Shown here one piece after another: positions 9,335 through 18,898 of a stretch of DNA of 64,000 bases. The stretch is taken from IMG/VR virus record IMGVR_UViG_3300011445_000001; one strand, given 5' to 3'. The notes beneath the pieces are model-generated. The model was given only the letters and a program-made list of their open reading frames with translations. It had not been told where the DNA came from and did no database searches. The stretch comes from an uncultured virus (IMG/VR IMGVR_UViG_3300011445_000001) (lineage: Duplodnaviria; Heunggongvirae; Uroviricota; Caudoviricetes). Numbering within the stretch: position 1 is the stretch's first letter; the number at the start of each line of letters is the position of its first letter. Made by a program: the position numbers and the translations under genes.

Positions 9335-9565
9335 CTAAGACATATCTCGGGTAGATGCGTCGATCTCAAGGCCGTAGACTTCCCACAACTTACCATTGGC
9401 GTCGCACACCATGTAACGCATGCCTCCGCGCACCACCTCGTTGCCTGAAATTCGGAAGTCCTCGGTGAAGCCAACCTCAACCACAATCGCCACCTCAAAC
9501 CGCAGCCGGGCCCTTGTGTATTGCGAGGGCTCGACCCTCTGCCCAAGCTGAAACTTCTGCTTCAT
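9335..9565 (-). CDS. hypothetical protein (SH3/KOW-like)
   Basis: KFQLGQRVE start typical of small beta-barrel phage proteins. Confidence 0.45.
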   Translation of the reverse strand: MKQKFQLGQRVEPSQYTRARLRFEVAIVVEVGFTEDFRISGNEVVRGGMRYMVCDANGKLWEVYGLEIDASTRDMS

Positions 9566-9849
9566 AATGGCACCACCTTGTACTTCTGTCCGTCCGTAGG
9601 CCCGGTCTCTTTCATCTGGAGACCGACCCGCTTCAGAAGCCTAGCGGCATCCAAAAGGTCGGTTCGCATATGGCCATCTTGCAGAACCCGCTGCACCCGA
9701 ATGAGCTTACCCGGGGCCTTGGGTGGGCGGCGGGCAAAGGCGGCCATAACCGCCTCGAGGATCGTCGTCGCCTCCTGCCTCCACTGTTCGCTGCCGGTCT
9801 GGATTAGGTAGACGCGGCGGATCGGCCTTTCTGTTCGCTTTTTTGCCAC
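9562..9849 (-). CDS. hypothetical protein
   Basis: GGAGG SD, GTG start. Confidence 0.5.
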   Translation of the reverse strand: MAKKRTERPIRRVYLIQTGSEQWRQEATTILEAVMAAFARRPPKAPGKLIRVQRVLQDGHMRTDLLDAARLLKRVGLQMKETGPTDGQKYKVVPL

Positions 9850-9874
9850 CGTTTTGCCCTCCAGTGAAGAGGTA

Positions 9875-9898
9875 GGGGGCCGGGTCGCCCCAGCCCCC
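9875..9898 (-). terminator. GC-rich hairpin, possible terminator
   Basis: GGGGGCCGGG...CCCAGCCCCC imperfect stem after the DUF932 gene; weak U-tract. Confidence 0.4.
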
Positions 9899-9914
9899 GA
9901 TCCTTGGGGTTGTA

Positions 9915-10976
9915 CTACTTGATCAAGGCCAACGCGTGGGCGTAGGCCCGCTGCTTTTCCTTCGCGCGGTTGCCGAAGAGGACCGACGCGCCCACGTCCG
10001 AGCCAAAGGACTCGCGCCAGTCGGAGACTTCGGTTACCGCATTATACGCCGCCCACACCGAGCCACGAAGGTGGGCCGGGTCAAACGCCTCGAACTGCTG
10101 TACACCGGTGGCGCGCAAAGCGCGAGCATGGCGCACGTCCCGATGCCACACTTCCTTGGCCTTCACAACCGCATTGAGGCGCGTGCCGAACGCCGACGTC
10201 ACGATGTTCTCGTCGGACGTCCCGGAGGCCCGCTCAAGAAGACGGACTTCATTGGGCATCGGCGGATCGGGCCATGCCGCCAACAGAAGCTCCTGCAGGT
10301 TGGCCTCGGTGATCTGCACACTGGCGAACCGGTCGAAGACCTCTTTCGACTGGGCAGTGATGGTACGGAACTTCGCGATCAGCTCGGTGGCGAACTGCAG
10401 CCGCTCCTCAGCCTTGTCGTTGTGCGGGATCGCCAGATTGATGGAGGCACTGCTCTGGGCGATCAAGTTCGTGTTGTTGCACACCACGCGCACCTTCGAC
10501 GAAAACGCGCGATGGGCGGTGCCGGGCTGATTCGACAGGTTGACGATGTAGTAGTCCCGCATCTCATCGCCCTTCACATCGAAGTCGGGGCCCCGTAGCG
10601 ACAGAAAGCAGAGAGCGCCTTCCTTCAGAAGCCCAGCGGTTTCGACCTTGTAGGTCCCGGAAAGCAGGTCCAGCCGCTGGGCCAGCGCCACGTAGTCGAT
10701 GTACTGCCAGTCACCCGACACCACACCAAACACCCGATACTCCGGGTCGTCGGAGGTAGGGCGGCGGATGATGGCCCTATGCCCAGTCTCCATCGCGGTG
10801 GGCTGGTTTGGTAGATGGACAACGAGCGGCTGCGACACTATCTCAATGTCGCCTGCGACCTCGCGCACTGCGTCGCTAGCCGACACCGCCGCATCCTCAG
10901 GGAAGACGCGGCCAAGCTCGTGCCACGCCGGTTTGCTTCGCGCCAGAAAGCGCTTGCCGAGAATGTCATGTGCCAT
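9915..10976 (-). CDS. DUF932 family protein
   Basis: PAWHELG, ETAGLLKEG, VRVVCNNT, GSVWAAYNAVTEVSD; AAGGAG SD before MAHDI. Confidence 0.85.
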   Translation of the reverse strand: MAHDILGKRFLARSKPAWHELGRVFPEDAAVSASDAVREVAGDIEIVSQPLVVHLPNQPTAMETGHRAIIRRPTSDDPEYRVFGVVSGDWQYIDYVALAQRLDLLSGTYKVETAGLLKEGALCFLSLRGPDFDVKGDEMRDYYIVNLSNQPGTAHRAFSSKVRVVCNNTNLIAQSSASINLAIPHNDKAEERLQFATELIAKFRTITAQSKEVFDRFASVQITEANLQELLLAAWPDPPMPNEVRLLERASGTSDENIVTSAFGTRLNAVVKAKEVWHRDVRHARALRATGVQQFEAFDPAHLRGSVWAAYNAVTEVSDWRESFGSDVGASVLFGNRAKEKQRAYAHALALIK

Positions 10977-11055
10977 TTGCGGAATCTCCTTAGATTGGGG
11001 TGGGCCGAGGCTCTCATGGTAAGACCGTGACCTCGGCCCGCTCCCCTGTGGTTGG

Positions 11056-11334
11056 TTACTTGGTTTCGGTGATCGTCGTCTGGGTGTACTCCTTGATCCG
11101 CGCGTACGGTTCCTTGACTTCCTTCGGAACATCATACTGCGTCATGGTCTTTTTGACGTTCTGCACCACGAACCGGCCCACCTGCACGACCGGGCCCATC
11201 TCACGAAGCTCTTCCTTCACCTCGTCGTCAAGCTTCTTGAACTCCTTGGCGGCGGCTTCAAGTTCCGCGCGGCGTTCCAGCTTCTGTGCCAGCGCCGAGT
11301 TTCCGTGAACCTTCTCAATTTCAAGCGTCTTCAT
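11056..11334 (-). CDS. hypothetical protein
   Basis: GGAGG SD; first gene after a sigma54-type motif. Confidence 0.6.
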   Translation of the reverse strand: MKTLEIEKVHGNSALAQKLERRAELEAAAKEFKKLDDEVKEELREMGPVVQVGRFVVQNVKKTMTQYDVPKEVKEPYARIKEYTQTTITETK

Positions 11335-11377
11335 CTTGCCTCCACTTGGTTAGGGTCGCTTCTTGCGCTAAAAGACC

Positions 11378-11393
11378 GCAAACCCAATGCCGA
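11378..11393 (-). promoter_or_regulatory. sigma54-type -24/-12 promoter
   Basis: TCGGCAT-TGGGT-TTGC-GGTCTTTTA; downstream TTTGCGGTCTTTTA is shared with the 27276 promoter. Confidence 0.75.
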
Positions 11394-11501
11394 ATTGGTT
11401 GGGGGTCCAAGGTCCACAAGAGGGGCTAAAGGGCCAAACGGGGGCGCAACCGATTGCGAATCTAGAGCAAGGGAGGGGTAAGGGCTATGGGTGTAGGGTG
11501 G

Positions 11502-11786
11502 CTAGACCAAATCCCCGGGCGGGGTGGGCGGCAAGTCGCCGTTTTTGAGCATGGCCCCATCCTCGTAGGGGCCGAGGTGGCGGCGGAGGAACTCGACCTT
11601 AACGCACTCAAGCATACCGACTAGGTTGTTGGCGGTGGCATACCGGCGCTCCTGCTCCCATTTGTACCAGACAATTCTGGAGATCAGGTAATTCAGCTCG
11701 CCGGGGGTGGCAAACTTCAGAAGCGAAAGAAGGGGCTCGAGAGCGCGGTCAAATCTGACACGATCCTCCGGTGGAATATAGGGCAC
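11502..11786 (-). CDS. conserved phage protein (MPYI...GELNY...PYED...NGD family)
   Basis: Recognisable motif string; GTG start with AGGAG SD. Confidence 0.65.
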   Translation of the reverse strand: MPYIPPEDRVRFDRALEPLLSLLKFATPGELNYLISRIVWYKWEQERRYATANNLVGMLECVKVEFLRRHLGPYEDGAMLKNGDLPPTPPGDLV

Positions 11787-11890
11787 GGCTAGTCTCCTGA
11801 TCCGTCCCACTGGTAGAAAATTGGCACCGGGGTCGCATTGCAGCGGTAGGCGCCCCAGTCGAAATCGTGTTGGTAGTAAAGAATCAGCAT

Positions 11891-12562
11891 CTAGAATTCG
11901 CGGGGAGGTCTGGGCTGAAAGTCGAACTGCCCAAGCTCGTTGACGGAGTAGCAGTGGCCGTAGGGCTTGAACCGACGCTGAATTCGCTTGAGGGACTCAC
12001 GACCGAAGGGCCCGTAGGCAGAAATCAGCTTGCCCTCGAGATGGTCGTACTCGTGTTGGGCATGTCTAGCCTCGGGGCCGCTCAACACTCCCCGACGGGT
12101 CTGGCCATCCTCGGTCATATACTCGATCCGAACCTCGTTTGGCCGGAGCACAAGAGCCGAGAATTCGGGGATCGAGAAGCAATGCTCCCGCGCCGAAGTT
12201 AGCTGAGACCCCTCGATGGAGGAAAGCACCGGATTCTGCATAATCTCGAGGTTGCCGTCATTAAGCCGCACAATCATGACGCGCACGCTGTACCCCAGCT
12301 GGTTGGCTGCAAACCCAGCCGCGCCCAGTATCGCAGCAACGGCCTTCAGATCTTCAATAGCTTTCGGGGCCTCGGAGAGCGAACAGAGCACGTGATCTAT
12401 TGAGTCAACCGGCCCAAGACAAGCATTGCCATAGGTGGCAATGTAGAACTTCCGCAGTGGCTTAGGAGTAGTGGGGGCGGTCGGAGTCAGACCGAAACCC
12501 TCTTGCCCGGGAATGGTGGCGGGGGCTATGGTCTGCGGTGCGGGGGCCTTCTCTTCGTTCAC
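11891..12562 (-). CDS. def: peptide deformylase
   Basis: AGFAANQ (motif 1), EHCFS (EGCLS variant), QHEYDHLEG (HExDH). Confidence 0.8.
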   Translation of the reverse strand: MNEEKAPAPQTIAPATIPGQEGFGLTPTAPTTPKPLRKFYIATYGNACLGPVDSIDHVLCSLSEAPKAIEDLKAVAAILGAAGFAANQLGYSVRVMIVRLNDGNLEIMQNPVLSSIEGSQLTSAREHCFSIPEFSALVLRPNEVRIEYMTEDGQTRRGVLSGPEARHAQHEYDHLEGKLISAYGPFGRESLKRIQRRFKPYGHCYSVNELGQFDFQPRPPREF

Positions 12563-12855
12563 TCGGACTCCTCTGCCTTTGGGGCCTTTTTGCTTCGCGG
12601 CATCTTCAGCTCTACCTGCCTACGAATCCACGACTTCGGGATTGTGACGTCGCCATCGAAATGCTCAGCGTTGACACTCGAAGCGATGGTGATGGCATCG
12701 GTGTTTTCGTGCAAGAGCCAGCCAACAGACCAGCACACAACCGGATTGGGGTCGATGCTCTCAAGGGCCTTCCACCCGGGCTCAGATTCGGATGCGGCGT
12801 CGAGCCACTCCACAAAGAGTAATTTGCGTTTCGTTTCCATATTAGGCGTACCCAT
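12559..12855 (-). CDS. conserved hypothetical phage protein
   Basis: VEWLDA...SVGWL...IP..WI pattern. Confidence 0.6.
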   Translation of the reverse strand: MGTPNMETKRKLLFVEWLDAASESEPGWKALESIDPNPVVCWSVGWLLHENTDAITIASSVNAEHFDGDVTIPKSWIRRQVELKMPRSKKAPKAEESE

Positions 12856-13300
12856 AGCGGAAGATTTCGACTAGAAAATCGCACGCCGGAGCAAGGTCGC
12901 CGAACACGCCCACCGAGTGCTTCAGCACCCAAGGGCTTCGCTCATCGGCCTTTCCGAAGCATACCACCGGCATATTCAAGACGTGGTTAGCGTAAAAGAT
13001 CTCCATGGCCGTTCCCCAACTCGGGCGGCCAATGTTCACCAGCAGGCCTTGGCACTTCTTAATAATCTCAAGGTCCTTCCAGACGATGTAATTCACGCCC
13101 GGGATGTCGTAGGTCAGCTGGGATTCGTGCTCGGGCTTCGTGCCACCGCTCAGGCGGTCGTATACCGCGCCCTCGAGGCAAAGGGGCGAAATGCCCTCGA
13201 CCCCGCTCGATGCAAAGATGGCCGTGGCCTCATCACGCCAGCCGCGCGATTCCGAAAAGCCAAGCCCCTGAATTCCGCCAGCAAGGTATACCCTCTTCAT
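12842..13300 (-). CDS. nucleoside 2-deoxyribosyltransferase / dNMP N-glycosidase family
   Basis: VYLAGG...WR...DLEII...SWGTAMEIFYA. Confidence 0.8.
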   Translation of the reverse strand: MKRVYLAGGIQGLGFSESRGWRDEATAIFASSGVEGISPLCLEGAVYDRLSGGTKPEHESQLTYDIPGVNYIVWKDLEIIKKCQGLLVNIGRPSWGTAMEIFYANHVLNMPVVCFGKADERSPWVLKHSVGVFGDLAPACDFLVEIFRYGYA

Positions 13301-13331
13301 GGGATGTGGTACACCGGCGGTTGGCGGGCGG

Positions 13332-14180
13332 TTAATCATGGTACAGCGTGCCAACTTCGTCGCCATTTGCCTTGCGCACCAGATACCCCATCTCGCGGAT
13401 TCGGTCGCATAACTCGTCGAAGTAGTACACGCCATCGATCAGGCCCATCTGATACCCAACGTCGCTTGTATAGGCCGCTCCGTTGGCAACGGATAGCGTG
13501 TATTGAACCACCGATCCCGTATCTGACGCGCCGAGGGTTAACAGGGCGCGGGTCCGAAGCCGATCAAACCGGTGCACCAGAATCTGATTTACAAACTGCA
13601 CGTATGTGGGGCGCACGGCGTTCGAAAGCGACATCCACTCCTCTATGGTCAAAGGAGTGTGCGGGCTTCCCTCCATCTTTCGTGCGCCGCTGGTGAAGAA
13701 GTAGTAACGCAAACCGATCATAGAGTCTTGAGAAGTGGCATCGATTCGCACGATATAAACCCCAATAGACCCCACCAAGCTTACGGGAGATGCGAAGATT
13801 GAGTCGGCCCCACAAGCAACCCAATACGCACCGGAGGCCAGCATGTACTCTGAGTAGACCCAAATGGGCTTGTTGTATTTGGCCTTAAGAACCTCAAGTC
13901 CATGGGCCAGAAGCTTCGTGTTCTGAACAGTTCCACCGGGGGAATCAAGCCACAGCACCAGAAGCTTGGTTTCAGACTTCATAACCACCGACTCGATCTT
14001 GTGCAGCCACTCGGGCGTGACCGAACCCTCAAACTTGACCACCACGGCCACATCTGGACTCAGCACCTCGCCGATCCGAACGAAGGGCTTTGTTGGTCCA
14101 CAGCCAGCACAACTAAGCACGGCGGCCATCAAAACCGACGCAACCGCCAACCCCAAAACCAGCCGTAGTAACTTTCTCAT
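13332..14180 (-). CDS. S49 (SppA-like) serine peptidase with lipoprotein signal
   Basis: LDSPGG, ASGAYW, VGSIGV, SGARK; N-terminal MRKLLRLVLGLAVASVLMAAVLS-C. Confidence 0.85.
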   Translation of the reverse strand: MRKLLRLVLGLAVASVLMAAVLSCAGCGPTKPFVRIGEVLSPDVAVVVKFEGSVTPEWLHKIESVVMKSETKLLVLWLDSPGGTVQNTKLLAHGLEVLKAKYNKPIWVYSEYMLASGAYWVACGADSIFASPVSLVGSIGVYIVRIDATSQDSMIGLRYYFFTSGARKMEGSPHTPLTIEEWMSLSNAVRPTYVQFVNQILVHRFDRLRTRALLTLGASDTGSVVQYTLSVANGAAYTSDVGYQMGLIDGVYYFDELCDRIREMGYLVRKANGDEVGTLYHD

Positions 14181-14208
14181 GGTTTCCTCTCTATTCTCGT
14201 TCTTGTCC

Positions 14209-14709
14209 TTAATGCGGTCGAATGGCCTGCACACCCAAATCATACCTGTAGGCATTTGGGCGAGGCGCCCTACCCACCACCCGAAGACCGGCGTGATGCA
14301 CCAACGCAATTAGGCGGTTCTGGTCATATGCGGCGTGGTGCAAATTGAGATCGTACGTCTGTGCACCAAAGAAGAGCGTACTGAACTCCTCAATATCGAT
14401 GCGCCCCGTAACCAAGTCCTCAGCCAACAGTCGCGAGTCGGGGCAGTAAATTCGCAACAAACCGCCCGGCTTTAAAATCAGGGCCCAGCGCTTTACCGCC
14501 TCAATCGCGTCAGGGTTAGTCATGTGCTCAATAACGTGGGAGGCCCGGATCTCGTCAACCTGCCCCAACATAGTATCTGGGAGATTGCGGATGTCGCACA
14601 CGATATGCACACCCGGCAGCGGTCTGGCATCAACATTTACAAAATCAACCAAGCGGGGCGAGCCAGATCCTCCATCAAATTCCTCATTGCCACCGAGATT
14701 TAGGCGCAT
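14209..14709 (-). CDS. class I SAM-dependent methyltransferase (type 11-like)
   Basis: LNLGG, VNVD, SHVIEH, LKPGG.LRIYCPD. Confidence 0.8.
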   Translation of the reverse strand: MRLNLGGNEEFDGGSGSPRLVDFVNVDARPLPGVHIVCDIRNLPDTMLGQVDEIRASHVIEHMTNPDAIEAVKRWALILKPGGLLRIYCPDSRLLAEDLVTGRIDIEEFSTLFFGAQTYDLNLHHAAYDQNRLIALVHHAGLRVVGRAPRPNAYRYDLGVQAIRPH

Positions 14710-15683
14710 AGACCCTCAAAGAATTGAGTATATCGCTCACCGACGACAGGGTAGTCGTGCACGTCAAGAACGAACTGCCGCGCGCGTTTGGATAACACGT
14801 CGTAATCCTGTGCCAAGGCCGCCTCTAGCGCAAGGCGCATACTCGGCTCATGTGGAGTGATATCAAAGATCGGGATGTTCGGCCAAAGTTTCTTGGCCTG
14901 CCAGCAAACCGAATTGAAAACAGGGACACCGAGCGCCATAGCTTCAATGGCCGACTGCCCATAGGAGATCATACGACAATCCGTGTGCTGCATAAAGAAA
15001 TGGCACCGGGCCAAGCGCCTTAAATGCTCTTCGTGGGGCACCCGGGTTTTACAAGTCACCGACCAACCCGGAAAGTAATCGCGCAGCACTCCCTCGAGGT
15101 GCGCGATATCGCTATTGGCCGTGGTACTCAAATGTGGATACACACCGATGGTCTGCTGATGACGCCGCTCAAACGGTAGGGGCTCCAATACCTTGGCGTC
15201 AATGGCGTGTGGGATGAGAAACGAGTCGATTTCTTCAAAGCCAAGAAACGCCGGGGTCTCTACAACCAGTCGGACGTTCGTATCGTGCAGGCGCCGGTTA
15301 ATTTCAACGTGGTGCTGCCGATACCATGTGCCCGTAAACGTGACGGACCGGTACTTCTTGGGGTAATGCGGGAACTCGCCCGCAAACGCCTTGGTGGGAG
15401 TCTTGGCCCACCCAACAAAGTCATGGTACTCGTCGTTCCAGCAGTGGATGAAATCGGCTTGCTCAAGGACCTCGCAAGCTTCGTCGTAGGCAGGACCATC
15501 ATTTACCGGAGGCATGTCACGCCAGCCGCACACCGAATCGAACACCAGATCGGCAGCAAAGTTAAGGGGGTGTTTAAAGCAGGTGATGTGGCGGGCCTGA
15601 ATGCGACCCACCCGATTTACGGCCTGCGCTGCCTTATAAGCATTGCCCGCGTGATCAGCTTGACACAAGAATGCAACCCTCAC
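14700..15683 (-). CDS. GT-B glycosyltransferase
   Basis: IPHAID, SYGQSAIEAMALGVPV, ARQFVLDVHD. Confidence 0.75.
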   Translation of the reverse strand: MRVAFLCQADHAGNAYKAAQAVNRVGRIQARHITCFKHPLNFAADLVFDSVCGWRDMPPVNDGPAYDEACEVLEQADFIHCWNDEYHDFVGWAKTPTKAFAGEFPHYPKKYRSVTFTGTWYRQHHVEINRRLHDTNVRLVVETPAFLGFEEIDSFLIPHAIDAKVLEPLPFERRHQQTIGVYPHLSTTANSDIAHLEGVLRDYFPGWSVTCKTRVPHEEHLRRLARCHFFMQHTDCRMISYGQSAIEAMALGVPVFNSVCWQAKKLWPNIPIFDITPHEPSMRLALEAALAQDYDVLSKRARQFVLDVHDYPVVGERYTQFFEGLCA

Positions 15684-16885
15684 GAGTTGACCGCCTCCAA
15701 CAACTTTTCACTTACGTAATCCACCTCGTCGGTGGTTAGGGACGCCGACGACGGCAAATAAAACCCACACTCCATTAACCACTCAGAACGCGGGTAACGC
15801 TGGCCCTTGAACCGGTCGTAGTGCACAGGCTGTAGATGCATGGGGACAAAGAAGTTTCGAGTTTCAATTCCGGCCATCGCCAAATCACGGCGCACCCTAT
15901 TCTTAATCCCACGGCTCACCAAAACACCAAACATCCAACACACCGGACGAGTGATCGATGGAAAGTTGTAGTAACGACCACAATCAACCGCGCGAACACC
16001 GCGCAGATTCTGCAGATAGCGCTCCTGCACCAGCCTGCGTCTGCCGATCAGATCGTCCCACCTCGCCACCTGTGCACGACCCAGCGCCGCCTGTAGAGCC
16101 GTTAGGCGATAATTGTACCCAAGAAACCGGTGGCAGAAATGGCGCTCAGGAGAAAACGCGTGGTTCATCAACGTCCGGACCCGCTCGGCCAACTCCGGCT
16201 CATTGGTGGTGATCATACCGCCCTCGCCCGTTGTAATCAGCTTATTGGCGTAGGAGGAGAATGCGCCGATATCTCCAATAGACCCGGTTACTTTGCCATC
16301 GTACTTGGCGCCATGGCTTTCGGCCACGTCCTCAATGACCCACAGACCGTGCTGCTTGGCCACGTGGTTGACGGCCAACATGTTGCAGGGCATGCCGTAG
16401 ATGTGGACAACAACAATAGCCCGGGTGCGATCCGTTACCGCTGCCTGCAGTTGGCTAACATCGAGGTTAAAGCTGGCGTCGGCGTCCAGCAGAACAGGAG
16501 TTGCTCCACAGTAGAGCACCGCATTAAGGGTAGCCACCATGGTGAAAGTGGGCAAGATCACCTCATCGCCCGGCCCAATACCAAGGGCGGCGATGGCTAG
16601 ATGCAGGGCCGCCGTTCCGCTAGTACAGGAAACGGCGTGCCGCACGCCGATCTTCTCTGCAAACTCGGTCTCGAACTGCCGGACGGCCGGGCCCAAGGAA
16701 GACACCCACCCCGAATCTATTACCCGCTGCATGTACCTCCGCTCCAAAGATCCAATGACCGGTTCGCACACCGAGATCTTAGAATGGGTCTTGGTGCAAA
16801 TGGGCGGCTCAGACTCAGGAAAGATCAAGCCCATCTCCGATTCAAAGGCCATCGAAGCGGGTTCGGGTATCGGCCTTTTCAGCAT
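15680..16885 (-). CDS. DegT/DnrJ/EryC1/StrS sugar aminotransferase (perosamine synthase-like)
   Basis: SGTAALHLA, EDVAESHG, FSSYANKLITTGEGG, GYNYRL, LPS. Confidence 0.92.
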   Translation of the reverse strand: MLKRPIPEPASMAFESEMGLIFPESEPPICTKTHSKISVCEPVIGSLERRYMQRVIDSGWVSSLGPAVRQFETEFAEKIGVRHAVSCTSGTAALHLAIAALGIGPGDEVILPTFTMVATLNAVLYCGATPVLLDADASFNLDVSQLQAAVTDRTRAIVVVHIYGMPCNMLAVNHVAKQHGLWVIEDVAESHGAKYDGKVTGSIGDIGAFSSYANKLITTGEGGMITTNEPELAERVRTLMNHAFSPERHFCHRFLGYNYRLTALQAALGRAQVARWDDLIGRRRLVQERYLQNLRGVRAVDCGRYYNFPSITRPVCWMFGVLVSRGIKNRVRRDLAMAGIETRNFFVPMHLQPVHYDRFKGQRYPRSEWLMECGFYLPSSASLTTDEVDYVSEKLLEAVNS

Positions 16886-17931
16886 GCAATGGTCTCCAGC
16901 TTAGTGAGTATCTTTTGGGCAACCACGGATGGTGCCAAGTTTGCCGCCACCCACGCGCTCCCAAGGGTGGCCTGCTCCACAGCCGATCCGTAGTCTTTGT
17001 ACACACCCAAAATGGCCTCTCCCATCGCGCGCCAATCGCCCGGCTCTACATAGATGGAATAGCCCCCCTCAATGGCCCGCTGGGCGGGGTAGTCGAAGAT
17101 GATGGAGGGCTTCCTGCAGTACAAGGCTTCAGCCGACGGGATGCACGGAGCCTCTGCCCACATCTGGGTAAAGATATGCAACTTGCATCGGCGCAGCAGG
17201 GAAGCCTTGACCCGATCAGACGCAAGGGGTATGAACTGAAAATCTGGAGTACCGGTGCCTGCCTCATGAAAACCAAGCTCACGCGCAAGATTATGTAGGG
17301 TCTGGTGGTGGTCATCCTGCGTAACCAGAACGATGCTCTTTTTCGCGTAGGCGCACGCGCGCAGCGCCAAATCAACCCTCTTAAAGTCGGTATGGCGGCT
17401 GACGATAAGAACGAAGTCCTCGGTTTGGGCCTCGGGCGCCGAGTCAAGAAGTTCGGTGTCCACAGGATAGAACACACAATCACAGTCGGTTCGACCGGTC
17501 AGGGCCTCGATCTGTGGGGGGATGGCCGGATTGATTCCGGTCAGGTGCCGGATTTTCGAGTAGGTGGCAATTAGCGGGGCTTGTGCGGCGAGAATGTCGG
17601 GTAAATTGCTGTCCGCAATGTCGAGAATCTGTAGCAACGCTGGAATCCCAAGACGATCTTGGTACTTCAGGACCTCGAGGGCGGCCCCATGCTGCGTCCC
17701 GAAAATCACATCGAAACGACCACATGACCGCATCCGGTACGAATGGTCAAAATCGGCCCACGTCGAGAATCTCACATTTAGACCACCGAACTCGTCCTCG
17801 AACGTCCGGCCACAGAGGGCATTGCGCCAAGATGGGTTGGTGAATACAACCTCATGCCCCATCTTCGCAAAATGGCGGGGATACTTAGCCAGCTGAACGA
17901 TATTGCCGCTAGATGCGACCAGAATTCTCAT
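16879..17931 (-). CDS. GT4-like glycosyltransferase
   Basis: YPVD, VSR..DFKR, EAPCIPSAEA (ExxxxxxxE). Confidence 0.75.
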   Translation of the reverse strand: MRILVASSGNIVQLAKYPRHFAKMGHEVVFTNPSWRNALCGRTFEDEFGGLNVRFSTWADFDHSYRMRSCGRFDVIFGTQHGAALEVLKYQDRLGIPALLQILDIADSNLPDILAAQAPLIATYSKIRHLTGINPAIPPQIEALTGRTDCDCVFYPVDTELLDSAPEAQTEDFVLIVSRHTDFKRVDLALRACAYAKKSIVLVTQDDHHQTLHNLARELGFHEAGTGTPDFQFIPLASDRVKASLLRRCKLHIFTQMWAEAPCIPSAEALYCRKPSIIFDYPAQRAIEGGYSIYVEPGDWRAMGEAILGVYKDYGSAVEQATLGSAWVAANLAPSVVAQKILTKLETIAC

Positions 17932-18898
17932 ATCTCTGTCCTTTGGTGGTTAGCATTCTCTCCATGAAACTCCAGCACTCCCCTGCTCGATGTACATCCA
18001 AGTGAGACCGGTAGACGGCGTCTTGTCCAGCCTTAGCGATTATACCCCGCAGATCCGGCTCTTCGTATAGGAACCGGCGGGCGATGTCGATCAGGCCGTG
18101 CGCCCCATGAAACATAACCAGATGCTTACCGTCCCTAAATGGGATATTGGCGTGTCGAATGCCCGACATCAGATAGAACGACCCCGATCCAAGCACCTGC
18201 CACAACCGGTCGGAGGTTGCGGCGTGCTGATTGGGCAATCGTGGCAACCCAACCACTATCCGACATCGCGCATAGAAATTCCCAACCTCGGCACCAAGCA
18301 AAAGCCCATCAGCTGCGGGGTTGTGAATTACCCAGTTAGAGGAAATGCGAGGAAACGCCTCCATCAAGATGCGACGCCGGTAGTCATTAACATAACCCAA
18401 AAAGCCGATATCATAGATCTTGTCTGTGGTGGTGGGCTCAAGGCAGCGGTTAAAAGACGGCGGCAACCAGTAGGCCCCAAGGGGGTAGGCCCGCGCTCGC
18501 GCGTCTGCTATACTTTTGTGCTCCTGCAACAGCATAGCAGCACTGCGTTGAAGCTCGTTCAAGATTGCGTCGTGAGACGGATGAATTACCTCGTCGGAGT
18601 CGTGCACAACCACGTTGGTGAACCCATAGCGACGCAAGTGGCGCACCAGATCGAAATCCGACCGAGACGCAACCACAATCCAGTCCGGCTGCGACTTCTG
18701 AATATCGCGCAAAATCTCGGGGAATTGGGCTTGGTCTACGCGAAAGGACGTGGCTCGGCGGGTGGAATTGGAAAGGGACAGGTGGACATCGCGGCCCTGC
18801 TGCTTATAGAGTTCAAAGAATCGCTGCGTACCAGAGGCGCCGCATCCGGGCTCCCATGGACGACAAACAAAATGGAGTCTCACGCTGGTTTCTGACAA
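17909..18898 (-). CDS. CgeB/Glyco_trans_1_2-like glycosyltransferase
   Basis: YDIGFLG...RR, SDRLWQVLGSG, IAKAGQ..V...H....RA. Confidence 0.75.
   Translation of the reverse strand: MSETSVRLHFVCRPWEPGCGASGTQRFFELYKQQGRDVHLSLSNSTRRATSFRVDQAQFPEILRDIQKSQPDWIVVASRSDFDLVRHLRRYGFTNVVVHDSDEVIHPSHDAILNELQRSAAMLLQEHKSIADARARAYPLGAYWLPPSFNRCLEPTTTDKIYDIGFLGYVNDYRRRILMEAFPRISSNWVIHNPAADGLLLGAEVGNFYARCRIVVGLPRLPNQHAATSDRLWQVLGSGSFYLMSGIRHANIPFRDGKHLVMFHGAHGLIDIARRFLYEEPDLRGIIAKAGQDAVYRSHLDVHRAGECWSFMERMLTTKGQRYENSGRI

Noticed and set aside
13332..14180. Prohead maturation protease
   Set aside because: Carries a lipoprotein signal peptide and lies far from the head module, which has a separate scaffold
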